From the NCBI GenBank assembly GCA_963789055.1, contig CAWBJE010000001.1:77215-141214 (forward strand): a DNA stretch of 64,000 bases, read 5' to 3'. The DNA comes from an uncultured Verrucomicrobiae bacterium. GTDB taxonomy: Bacteria; Verrucomicrobiota; Verrucomicrobiia; Limisphaerales; UBA11358. The position numbers and the translations under genes are program-made. A model generated the notes under the pieces. That model saw only the letters and a program-made list of their open reading frames with translations. It did not search any database and was not told the origin of the DNA. Of this stretch, positions 53,007 through 63,376 are shown piece by piece. The stretch's first letter is position 1. Every line of letters begins with the position of its first letter.

Positions 53007-56000
53007 GGCCCGCTCCCGCCTGCAGACGCGTTTGCAACAGAAAATATTTACCTCCGGCAAAAGCGCCTTCGATGTCCTGTGCCGACTCCAGCGCCGACTC
53101 GACGGCCAGGCCGAGCCGCGCGACGGCCTCGAAAAGGCCGTTTCGGAAGTTTTCATCCCACACCAATGGTTCCTCGGCATAATCCAGTCGCGTCCAGCGC
53201 GGCGGCGGCAGCAACACGCTGTTGTACAGGCCCGCCCCCGCGTAACCCGCCAAATCCTCGCCATTGGAGTCGGACCGGAAAATCAGGCCGCCGCCATACC
53301 ATCCGGCGCTTTTGCTGGGGAACGAAACCAGTGTCGGGAGTGTGGTGTTTTTGTTCCAGATAAAGCCCAATGCCCGGCCTGGATGATTGCCGACCAGCGT
53401 TTCGCCCAGGCCGGGGACGACCTCGGCATAGAGCTCGTCGTGGTTCCCGGTGGACGGATTGGTGGTGTGGATGACAAAGGCATATTCGGCCTCAATCACC
53501 GGTTGAATGAGCACGGCCATGAACAGGTGCCGGTGCGGGATGCCCATTTTATTCCGGCTGAGCACGGCGCGTTCGTTCCATTTTGAGGCCCAGACCTGTT
53601 TGATGCACCGCCACGCTTCGGCCTCATCTTTCGGCCAGGCCAGCCCGGCGCGCGGCGAAGGTTTCGCGCAATTCGGTCAACAATTCCGTCGGCGCCGCCA
53701 ACACCTGGATTATTTCACGCAATTGCGTGAGTGTTTTTGCGTCGGAGGAATCGTCCTCCAGATTCCGGGTCAGTTCCTCATATTGCCGCGCCGCCGGGCG
53801 GTTGGCCGCCAGCGACAGCACGTGCTCAAACACGCCAAAAGGCAAGGCCACCGAAGGCGGAAGACAAATCCACTCCGGCAACCGGCCGCGGAGCTGCGCC
53901 AGATGGCATGATTTTCCACCGACAATCTTTTCGTTGAATTCGTTCCATGGTCACCGCGTAGCGGGTGAATTTGGGTGGTTTGACGACAGCCAAGGTGCGG
54001 CGGGGGCGGGCCGGCGCGGTGGTTGCAGGCGCAATGGCTTTCTCATACCACACGTCGCCGGCCGGTGTCACTTCAAGGCGTAATTGTTGTCCGCGCAAAG
54101 ATTTCAAGTGGTCCAGTGTGGGCGGGTCGGAGCAGGAAGCAAAGAGGACCTGCGCGTTGCGCGCGCGAACGGCCACATGCGACACCAGATCGGTCACGTC
54201 GGGAGCAATCACGGCGACAACCTTTTCGGGAATTTCCTCGTCGCCCATCACCCGGTCCGTGACCACCACCGTTGGCTGGTCAAGGGTGCGGCCCTGGACG
54301 GTTTGCAACGCGGGGGTGACTTCAACCCGCCCCGTCCCGCTGCCGCGGCTGACAATCTGCCACGCGCCGAGCCGCGCCGTCTGGCGCAACTGGCGGTCAA
54401 GCTGATGGAGGAGCATTGAGAGCGCGAACCCGAGACTGCTGCCGCGAACGACTTCCTCGCTGAACAGCGTAATCGTCCAGTTGTTCCGCGTTGAAACCGC
54501 GGCCGAGGATATTCGGCCTTCGGCTGGAGCAACTGATAGAACCGGTCCGTCCAGTCGCTCAAGGCGCGGCCGATGCGGTCGGTGACCGATTTGGCGTGAA
54601 GCGACCACGTAGCGGTGAAGCGCGGCACGGTTTGCAGCCGTTCCCAATGACGCAGGCACGCGGCCAGTTCGACGTCTTCGTGCGATAAGATCACATTTTC
54701 CAGAACGCAGCCGGTCAGATCCGCCAGCGGTTCACCGCCCAGACGCAGGTGGATGTTGCGTTCCACCACGACCCGCACCAGTTGTTCGAGGGCAAGGTCC
54801 AGATAGAGCAACGGGCGCAGACCCTCGCCGCTGTTCAACAAATGTGACACCCGGCGGCGAACTTCGGTAATTTGTTTCACCAGCGGGACCAGCGCCTCGG
54901 CCGGGTCGTTGCGATGATCCCACACGTGGGCCAGCAATCTTTGAGTGTCCCCGTCCAGACGGTCGCGCGCGGAATTAATGGCGGTTTCCAGGTCGGTGCC
55001 GGAGTGGATTGCTTTGAGCACGCGGAGGAAGTTATCGAAATCCCGGATCAAGGCGTCCTTCAAATAGGGCACAAAGCCCGGTTCGGTGCGGATGGGCCGC
55101 TCGAAACTCTCCAGGCGTTCGCGGGTCACGCCGCCGTCCTGCAAGGCCTGATAAAACCGGTCCAGTCGGCCGTTGCTGCGGAGAAATTCGAGATAGGCCT
55201 CGCAGATGACGATGTCGTCGGGGGTCGTATTGTTGTGGAGTTTCTGGTGCCATTCCTCCATAAAATGACCGCTGGCCTCCTTGATGTGATGCCGGTGCAT
55301 GATCCGCAGTATCTCGTCGCGAATGCGCTGGCCGTCGCCGCCGCGGCCCACCGTCGCCAGCATCAGGCGGATGAACGAGCGGGCGTGGGGTTCGCTGCGA
55401 TAAAGTTCCGCGAGTTTGTTCGTCAGGCGATCCTGGGCGTGGCTCAGTTCGCGCGGTTTGGTGTTGTAATTGCGCTGCCAGGTCAACTGCCGGATGGCGG
55501 AAAAGCGCAACCAGATGTAGAGCAGCGCGAACCCGCCGGTTTTGCCGCGCACCTGGTCAAGCAAATCGTAACAGAGATTGAAGCGATGCATCAGCGTCCA
55601 TGAACTGGGACTGACTTCGGCCCGGATGATCCGGTCGCCCAGGGCGGCGAGGTCCGCCGCATCCAGCAGCGGTGCCGAGCGCAGTGTCGTGTGGACGGGC
55701 ACATAAAAATTGCCGCCGCGATGGTTGAGCCAGCGTCCATCGCCGCCCTGCTTCAGCACGAATTGAATGCCCAGCGGCGCGTCCGCCTCGGAAAATTCCC
55801 AGATCAGTTGTTGGAAGCCATCGCTCGCCACAAACGGCGTTTCCGCCGTGTGTCCGTCCGGAAAAATCGTGCCGGGCGGTCGCAGCGATTCGGGCGGTTG
55901 CAGCCATTCATAAGGCGAACGGCGGGCGATGCCCCAATGCAACACCAGCGGACCGGGAACATCCGACAGCAACAATACGCGGTAGCGGTCCCCGGCTTTG

Positions 56001-56528
56001 GTCAGCCCGGCGGCCAGACGGCCGGAGTTGCCAACCTCGAACACGCGTTCCAACAGTACTTCGGCTTCACCGCACTGCGTCTTGAGCGCCGCGAGCGGCG
56101 ATGACACCGGTTCCCGCGTCGGCGCGGACACGACGATCCGGTAATTCAAGCGGTCGTTGTTGTCCCAACGCTTTTCGTCAGGGAAATAGAGGACGAATTC
56201 GATGAACCCGTACGGCGTCGTCCGGACTGAGGGCTATGGCCACGCGGCTTTCACCGTTCTGTTTTTTGAACGGCGTCTGCATGGCACTGAAACCGGCGGG
56301 TGTGGTGGTACCTTCCGGCCAGAATGAGGGAGGCAGGACCTGCCAGTTGGGCTGGTCTTTCTGCCGCAGACCCCAGTGCAGCACGCAAGGCCGGCCGGTC
56401 TGCGCCCGCAACGACACTTCAATTTGCCGTTTTTCCACATGCTTTTCCACCAGTAGCTTCACGCCACTGCGCGTGGCGATGATTTCGGTCTCGCCGGCCG
56501 TTTCGGGTGCTGAAAGTAGTGAATTCAT
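52999..56528 (-). pseudogene. Alpha-glucan, water dikinase (plant GWD/R1-type) homologue; at least 4 frame breaks
   Basis: Pieces 56178-56528, 54248-56149, 53826-54659, 53624-53881 and 52999-53565. Two LHWG modules, MEEWHQKLHNNTTPDDIVICEAYLEF, the His loop DLVSHVAVRARNAQVLFASC, and AFVIHTTNPSTGNHDELYAEVVPGLGETLVGNHPGRALGF ... RSDSNGEDLAGYAGAGLYNSV ... QDIEGAF. Confidence 0.8.
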
Positions 56529-56549
56529 GTTCGTAAATTCATGTTCGTA
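56522..56549. repeat. Perfect tandem duplication of a 14-nt unit spanning the GWD start codon
   Basis: aattcatgttcgta occurs at 56522-56535 and again at 56536-56549. Confidence 0.85.
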
Positions 56550-56563
56550 TCATCCATCTGGAG

Positions 56564-57025
56564 TCAGTAATGACTCAATCGGTAAAAGGTTTGCCGACCG
56601 ACGACCGCCACGGGCTGTTTGCCTTTGGCCCAGTAAGGCCGTTCGGTTCCCCGGGTGTAATGGTTGGCGGACCCGACCAGGTCGGGCAATTGGTCCGGGG
56701 CCTGACACATTATCTGCGCCAAGCGCAGCGCCACTTGAAAACCCGGTTCTGAATGAAATTTTTGGATGAGCTGGTTCACGGACGCGCCGTTCAGGCAGGA
56801 AAACGCGTGAACGCGGCCCCGATGGAACTCCACCACCTGCAGCGGTGTTCGGTCCTTTTCCATCGCCCGCTGGCGAATGACGTCGGCGACGGCGGTCATG
56901 CCTTGCGCCCCGTCTGACCAAGCCTCGCCCATGAGCACGGCGGCGACGGCCTGCTCCTGATAGGTCTGGGCCGTCGCCGCCAGCGGCAGGCTGCACAAAC
57001 AGAGGAATGTGGGAAACCAGTTCAT
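56564..57025 (-). CDS. SleB-type cell-wall hydrolase (Hydrolase_2) with a signal peptide
   Basis: [20 protein letters not shown] ... [27 protein letters not shown] ... FSCLNG ... ANHYT. Its ATG overlaps the glgB stop as ATGA. Confidence 0.6.
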   Translation of the reverse strand: MNWFPTFLCLCSLPLAATAQTYQEQAVAAVLMGEAWSDGAQGMTAVADVIRQRAMEKDRTPLQVVEFHRGRVHAFSCLNGASVNQLIQKFHSEPGFQVALRLAQIMCQAPDQLPDLVGSANHYTRGTERPYWAKGKQPVAVVGRQTFYRLSHY

Positions 57026-59028
57026 TTGTTCCGATTGACAAAAACGATAGTCGCCAGCGGCGGGAGCGTCAGGTTGACGGAGTGGGGGCGGTAGTGGCAT
57101 TTGATGGGTTCGGCGGTGACGCCGCCGCAATTTCCCTGGCCGCTGCCGCCGTATTCCCGGGCGTCGCTGTTCAGGATTTCCTGCCAGAAACCGCCGCGGG
57201 GAACGCCCACCCGATAGTTGCGGCGGACCGACCGGGGTGAAGTTGAACACGGCCAGGACCAGATCGCCGCCGGCGCTCGCCTTGCGGATGAAACTCAGCG
57301 TGGTGTTTTTGGCGTCCTGATAATCAATCCACTCGAAGCCGTCGGGGCTGAAATCCAGTTCGTGCAGGGCTGGCTCGGCCCGGTAGACGCGGTTGAGGTC
57401 GGCAACCCATTTCTGCACGCCGGCATGGAACGGCTGATTCTCCACGTGCCATTCGACGCTCGATTCGTGGTTCCATTCCGGCCATTGCGCCAGTTCATCG
57501 CCCATGAACAACAGCTTCTTGCCGGGCTGGGCGAACATGTAGCCGTAAGAGGAGGCGCAGGTTGGCGTATTTCTGCCATTCGTCGCCGGTCATCATGCCG
57601 AACAGCGAACCTTTCCCATGCACCACCTCGTCGTGGGAGAGCGGCAGGACGTAATTTTCGCTGAAGGCATACACCATCCGGAAGGGAAGTTCGCCGTGAT
57701 GATATTTCCGGTAAATCGGCGGCCGCTTGAGGTAGCGCAGCGTGTCGTGCATCCAGCCCATGTCCCACTTCATGTCGAAACCCAGCCCGCCGGCGTAAAC
57801 GGGCCGCGAAACTTTCGGCCAGGCGGTGGATTCCTCGGCGATGGTCAGCACGTCCGGATGCTTCGGCGATGGATTTCCGTGTTGAGTTCGTGCAGAAACT
57901 CGATGGCTTCCAGGTTTTCGCGTCCGCCATGCCGGTTGGGAATCCATCCGCCCGGTTTGCGGGAGTAATCCAGATAAAGCATGGAGGCCACGCCATCAAG
58001 CCGCAAGCCGTCCACGTGATACTGGTCGAGCCAGAACAGCGCGCTGCTGATCAGAAAGCTGCGGACCTCGTTGCGGCCATAGTTGAAAATGGCGCTCTTC
58101 CAATCGGGATGAAATCCTTTGCGCGGGTCGGCGTGCTCGAAGAGATGCGTGCCGTCGAAATAGGCCAGGCCGTGGCCGTCGGCCGGGGAAATGCGACGGC
58201 ACCCAGTCCAGAATGACGCCGATGCCCTGCTGGTGCAGATGATCCACGAGAAACATGAAATCCTGCGGCGTTCCGTAGCGGCTGGTGGGCGCGAAATAAC
58301 CGGTGGTTTGATAACCCCAGGAACCATAGAACGGATGTTCGGTGACCGGCAGGAATTCCACGTGCGTGAAACCCATGCCGCTGTGACGTAATCGGCCAGT
58401 TGCGGCGCCAGTTCGCGCTAGGTCAACGAGCGGTTGCCTTGCTCCGGCACGCGCCGCCAGGAGCCGGGATGCACTTCATAGATGGCGATGGGGGCATCCG
58501 GCTGCGTTGCGCCTGCCTGCGTTCCGCCATCCAGTCACCATCGCCCCAATCGTATTTCAAATCCCATACCACCGATGCCGTCCGGGGCGGCGTCTCGCTC
58601 AGAAATGCAAAAGGATCCGCCTTGTCCATGGCGTGGTTCTGGCAGTTGGAAATGACGTGATATTTGTAACGCGCATCCTCTTTCACGCCGGGCACGAAAC
58701 CGTGCCAGACGCCCGACTGCGGTGTCAGATTGATCGCCTGGCCGTTTTTGTCCCAGTGGTTGAAATCACCGATGACCTGCACCAGCTTCGCGTTGGGCGC
58801 CCAGACGGCGAAATAAGCGCCAGATTCTCCATTCACCGAGCACAAATGCGCCCCCAGCTTTCGGTAAGCCCGGCATTCCCGTCCCTGCAAAAAGGCGTCA
58901 ATGTCACCACCGGAGAACAGCGGTTTGTCCTGGCCGAAGCTGGGCGGCTCAGATGGAGCGAACGGTGAACCGGCGGTTCGTTCGGGCAAGGACTCGATGG
59001 TCGTCGTTGGATAGGTCAACAGCTTCAT
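57022..59028 (-). pseudogene. glgB: 1,4-alpha-glucan branching enzyme; at least 5 frame breaks
   Basis: YFAVWAPNAKLVQVIGDFNHWD; [64 protein letters not shown]; [16 protein letters not shown]; IAEESTAWP; [15 protein letters not shown]; PPLATIVF. These are spread across at least 6 minus ORFs. Confidence 0.9.
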
Positions 59029-60187
59029 GACTGATAGCAATGCTCGGTTTTTTCCGCGATGACGTCCCAGTTGAACACGGTCTCGGCGGCCCGCCGGCCG
59101 TTGCTTCCCATCCAGCGCGCCCACTCGAAATTCGTGAACAACGTTCCCAAGCCCCAGCCCACCGATTCCGGCGTGGCATAAACCTTCAGTCCGGTGACGT
59201 TGTGCCAGATGAACTCGCTCGGGCCGCCGTTTTGCGACGCGACCACCGGTTTGCCCGCCGCCCAGCCTTCCAGGGCGCTGATGCCGAACGGTTCGTTGCG
59301 GCTGGGCATGCAGACCACGTCGCAAGCCTTGTAAAGGTCAACCAGCGCCCAGCCGTTGTGATAACCCAGGAACCGCGTGGCGTGGGCGACCCCCAGTTGT
59401 TGCGCGCGCCGTTCCAGATCGCCGCGCAGGTGGCCGTCGCCGGCAAATACAAACTTGGCGTTGGGATAATATCGCAGCAATCCCGGCACGGCTTCCAGCA
59501 GCAGGTCCGGTCCCTTCTGCACGCACAATCGGCCGCTGAAAAGCACGGTCGGGTCCACCGGACCGATGCCGTAGCGGCGTTTGACGCCGCCGGGATCAAG
59601 GTAACCGTCGAATTTGTGAACCGGCACGCCGTTGTGGATCGCCCAGCATTTCCAGTCCGGAAGGTTATACATCCACATCAACTCGTTCTTGAGCGCGCCG
59701 CTCACGGCGATCACGCGGTCGGCGCAATAGGTGCCATGCCGTTCATGGTCCCGAATGCGTGCCGACGTGCCGCCCCAAAAGTTGTTTCCGCATCGCCCAT
59801 ATTCCGTCGAGTGCATCGTGAGCACCGCGCGATGATCCCGGCGCGTCTGCTTGATCCAAACCATCGGCGTTGGACGCCAGCCAGTCGTGCGCATGAACCA
59901 CGTCGAAATGGCCGATGTAATCCTCCGTCTGGAAAAAGTGCCAGACAAACGACCGGCACATTTCCTGAATTTCGTCCACGAAATTACGATTCAAATTATG
60001 GGGGCAATAGTGGTACCACACCCCATCAATCCGGTACACGCCTCCGCTGCCGTAGCCCGGCCGGGTGAAGACATGCACCTCGTGACCGCGCCGTTGCAGC
60101 GCTGCTGCCAGTTCCGTCACGTGCGCGGCGATTCCGCCTACTGCTTGGGAGTGCAAGCGTTTCCCATGAAAACATCGCTATTTTCAT
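59025..60187 (-). pseudogene. GT4 glycosyltransferase, glycogen-synthase-like; 2 frame breaks
   Basis: Hand-read start MKIAMFSWETL (ATG 60187), then HSQAVGGIAAHVTELAAALQRRGHEVHVFT (59743-60156), then ...HSTEYGR ... CMPSRNEPFGISALEGWAAGKPVV (59025-59948). ATGA overlap with the glgB start. Confidence 0.8.
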
Positions 60188-60327
60188 CGTACTGTCCTCC
60201 TTTCATCTGCTGTCAACGGCCCGGCAACTCGTCGTCACCGGGCAACCTGCCCGCTCCACTCCCGTCCCTGCACCATTCAAAAACACCACAAACCCCACCG
60301 GCCCCCAAAAGCGCCGCCGCGCCCGGC

Positions 60328-60642
60328 TCAAGGCGTCGGCTTGCTGGCAACCGCGCCCACTTGACGAACGGCATTGAAGCCGCCGAAAGGGTTCGAAACG
60401 CGGACCGTGCATTCCGGGTCGTCCGCCCATTGGCCGTCCACGATGAACCGGTAATGATGGGTGCCAGGCATCAGGACGACGTTGGTCTTCCAGACCCCGC
60501 CGGTCTCCCGTTTCATGGCAATGGCCTCGTCCTTCCAATGGGTGAAATCGCCCGCCAACTGCACGCTCAACGCATCCGGCGCGGTGAAGGCGAATGACTG
60601 TTTTTGCCCGTTGCTGCTTTTAAAATTTGTTTTCTTTGGCAT
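60328..60642 (-). CDS. Stand-alone CBM48/AMPK-beta-type glycogen-binding-domain protein
   Basis: 104 aa. FAFTAPDALSVQLAGDFTHWKDEAIAMKRETGGVWKTNVVLMPGTHHYRFIVDGQWADDP. Confidence 0.7.
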   Translation of the reverse strand: MPKKTNFKSSNGQKQSFAFTAPDALSVQLAGDFTHWKDEAIAMKRETGGVWKTNVVLMPGTHHYRFIVDGQWADDPECTVRVSNPFGGFNAVRQVGAVASKPTP

Positions 60643-60890
60643 AATCTTTTCTTTCTAATGTTGTTGATTCGACGCCCTATTCAACGTTCTATGCGGGAAT
60701 AACCTGCACTTGGTTACAGGACCCGAACCCGATCCATCTCAAAATCCATGCTTGCGCGTGAAGGCCAAACTGGGGGGTTCATGCCGGGTCCGACAGCGTT
60801 AACCACCTCCACTCGGGGAACTTTGCTCCCCGCCGTGGAGCCTGGCAATAACGAGTTGTTCACCATATATTCACCGTTTGTTCGCCGCCC

Positions 60891-60967
60891 CCGATTCCAC
60901 CTGCGGCGGCTTCACTTGACGCCCCACCGCAGGTGTCGGTTTCCTCCACCTCCTCGGTTTTTCCCGA
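60891..60967 (-). ncRNA. Copy A of a two-copy conserved structured element (function unknown)
   Basis: About 75 nt alignable with 63291-63370. 12-bp stem 60898-60909/60924-60935. On the minus strand it is preceded by GAGGAGGUGGAGG. It lies at the 5' end of the 376-nt leader of the CBM48/glucan operon. Confidence 0.45.
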
Positions 60968-61018
60968 TGCAAGGAATGATGGTCTCGCTCAGGCCGCAAT
61001 TACTGTCCTACCTTGCTG

Positions 61019-61672
61019 TCAATGGTCAAACCGTTGAAACAGAGCACTGGCTCCCAGGCTCAACAGCCCAACCAGAATCAACGTCATGGGCACCATGCCG
61101 ATGATGGCAAGGATTCCCAGCACGATTGCCGCCAGTCCAACGAGCATGTGCCCGCCGGTTCCCACAGCCACCACGGCACCGGGCGCGTTTTGCGGCGGTA
61201 CCTGGACCTGCAATTGGACCGGCCAGATCAACCGCGAGACCGCCCCGCCTCCCAACAGGAGAGTCGCTCCAAAAACGAGCACGGCTGCTGCGAGCAGGGT
61301 GTCCGGCAGGGCCTGGAACAGACCCAGGATGCCCAGAACGATCCCGGCCAGCCCGCCGAAGAATTCGGCGGTAACACCACCACTCAATTCCTGGGCTTGT
61401 CTTTGGTTTGCGCCATGGGAAGGCAGCCGGCGCCAGGTCAGGCCGGCCAATCCACCCTCCATCAGAATAACGGCGCCGATCACAATCGTGGCTATGGCCG
61501 CCATGTCACTGGTCATAATCCCCGCCAACCCGATGACCGCCAGGACGATGGCCCCAATCGCGCCGATACCCTCCGCAACGGAACTGCCTGCCATCCCGCT
61601 CAAAACCGATTCCGATGGGGGATCGTGAACTGCTTGTACTTCAGTTGTATTCATTGTCTTTTCTCCTTTCAC
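61019..61672 (-). CDS. Gly/Ala-rich multi-pass membrane protein with an internal repeat
   Basis: Recurring G(A/L)(A/I)G(A)IVL(A/G)(V/I)(I/L)GL motifs: GAIGAIVLAVIGLAGI, GGLAGIVLGILGLF, VGLAAIVLGILAIIGM. Confidence 0.45.
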   Translation of the reverse strand: MKGEKTMNTTEVQAVHDPPSESVLSGMAGSSVAEGIGAIGAIVLAVIGLAGIMTSDMAAIATIVIGAVILMEGGLAGLTWRRLPSHGANQRQAQELSGGVTAEFFGGLAGIVLGILGLFQALPDTLLAAAVLVFGATLLLGGGAVSRLIWPVQLQVQVPPQNAPGAVVAVGTGGHMLVGLAAIVLGILAIIGMVPMTLILVGLLSLGASALFQRFDH

Positions 61673-61736
61673 TCATTGTTCTCTTGGTTCACAGCGGCAG
61701 TGACACTGTATCCGCCACCTGCCGCTTTAAATTTTC

Positions 61737-63254
61737 TCATCTCATCTGCAGGACAACGAACAGACTGCCGCCCGGTCGCGCGATCCGCAGCAGCACCTGG
61801 CTCTTGTCCTTCGCCCGGGCCAGCGCTTTTTCGAGCGCGTCCACGTCGGCCACCGGCTGGCGATTGGCCTCTATAATCACATCGCCTTTTTCCAGACCCG
61901 CCACCGAGGCCAGGCTGCTTTCATCCACATCGGTGATGACCACGCCCTGTTTTACGGCCACATCCAATTGCTTCGCCAGGTCCGGGGTGAGGGTTTGAAC
62001 GCTCAGTCCGAGCCGGGACAACACATTGGCACCCGTTTCCGAGGATGCCGCCGCGGTCTCCTCGCCCAGGGTGCCGACCGTCGCGTCGATGGTTTCCGGC
62101 TTGCCGTTGCGCAGGATTCCGACTTTAACTTTGGTTCCCGGCCGCGTGTTGGCCACGAGGTTGCGCATTTGCTGGACACTGGTAATATCGCTGCCGTTAT
62201 AACGGACAATAATATCGCCATTCTTGATGCCCGCCTTTTCGGCGGCCGAGTCCTTGTTCACCTGGCTGACCAGGACGCCCTGCGGCTCGGTCAAGCCAAA
62301 TTGTTTGGCCAGGTCCTGATTCATCTCCTGAATGATCACGCCCAATTGACCGCGGACGATTTTTTCGCCTTTGATCAGCTTGGGCAGCATGGTTTTGATC
62401 AGATTGCTGGGAATGGCGAAACCCACGCCCGCAAACTGGCCGACATCGGTGGCGATGGCGCTGTTCATGCCAATGACCTCACCCCGCATGTTGACCAGCG
62501 GACCGCCCGAATTGCCCGGGTTGATCGCGGCGTCGGTTTGCAGGAAATCTTCGTAATCGGTGATGCCCACGGCGGAACGGCCGGTGGCGCTGATGATGCC
62601 CTCTGTAACGGTTTGCAAAAACCCGAACGGCGCGCCGACGGCCAGAACCAGGTTCCCGACCCTCAGGGCATCCGAGTCGCCGAGAGTGATGGTGGGCAGA
62701 TTATCGGGCACGTGTCCCTTGATCCGTATCACGGCCACGTCGGTCTTCGGATCGGTCCCGACGATTTCGGCCTCGAAGGTCCGTTTATCGGCCAAACGGA
62801 CCTTGATATCATCCACATCGCGGACGACATGAAAGTTGGTGAGAATATGGCCTTCCTTGTCGAGAATCATGCCGGAACCCATCCCGTGCTGCTGGCCGTG
62901 GTATTCGCGCGGCTGGGGCATTTGCGGAACTTGTCCGCCGAAAAACTGGCGGAAGAAATCATTGCCGAAGGGGAAACCCGGGTCGGTCAAGGTTATGTTT
63001 TTCTCCGAGTAGACGCTGACGACCGCCGGCTTCACATGCTCGGCTACCATGTTGAACGCCCGGCCCAATTGCTCCGCCGGCGCCACCACCGCCGGATCTA
63101 TTGGGCCGGCTTTGAGTGCGTCGGTTCCGGGGTTTTGTTCAGCCGCGACCAGCACGATCAAGCCGGCGGCTACGAACGAGGCAATTCCTATTGCCACGCC
63201 GGCGGCCTTAACTTTGTCTGTCAATTTCATAATCATCAATATCCTTCCCGCCAT
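61737..63254 (-). CDS. htrA: Do/DegP/HtrA-family periplasmic serine protease with two PDZ domains
   Basis: 505 aa, intact. GSGMILDKEGHILTNFHVV ... TDAAINPGNSGGPLVN. Two PDZ-like blocks. The likelier start is ATG 63236 (MIMKL), which is preceded by GGAAGGA. Confidence 0.9.
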   Translation of the reverse strand: MAGRILMIMKLTDKVKAAGVAIGIASFVAAGLIVLVAAEQNPGTDALKAGPIDPAVVAPAEQLGRAFNMVAEHVKPAVVSVYSEKNITLTDPGFPFGNDFFRQFFGGQVPQMPQPREYHGQQHGMGSGMILDKEGHILTNFHVVRDVDDIKVRLADKRTFEAEIVGTDPKTDVAVIRIKGHVPDNLPTITLGDSDALRVGNLVLAVGAPFGFLQTVTEGIISATGRSAVGITDYEDFLQTDAAINPGNSGGPLVNMRGEVIGMNSAIATDVGQFAGVGFAIPSNLIKTMLPKLIKGEKIVRGQLGVIIQEMNQDLAKQFGLTEPQGVLVSQVNKDSAAEKAGIKNGDIIVRYNGSDITSVQQMRNLVANTRPGTKVKVGILRNGKPETIDATVGTLGEETAAASSETGANVLSRLGLSVQTLTPDLAKQLDVAVKQGVVITDVDESSLASVAGLEKGDVIIEANRQPVADVDALEKALARAKDKSQVLLRIARPGGSLFVVLQMR

Positions 63255-63290
63255 TTTACCGGTTCAGTTTAGCGCCGGTGGGTTGGCAAG

Positions 63291-63370
63291 CCGATTCACC
63301 CGCGGCGGCTTCCCTTAACGCCCGCCGCCGCAGGTGTCGGTTACCTCCACCTCCTCGAACGTTTTCCGTT
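63291..63370 (-). ncRNA. Copy B of the two-copy conserved structured element
   Basis: Stem 63297-63308/63325-63336. GAGGAGGUGGAGG at 63356-63344 (minus strand). It sits between the hsp20 stop and the htrA start. Confidence 0.45.
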
Positions 63371-63376
63371 CGGCCT

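Noticed and set aside
60748-61104. A 118-aa + strand ORF in the long spacer upstream of the CBM48 gene.
   Set aside because: It runs antisense through the conserved structured element and into the 61019-61672 gene. It has no motifs. The region is better explained as a minus-strand leader.
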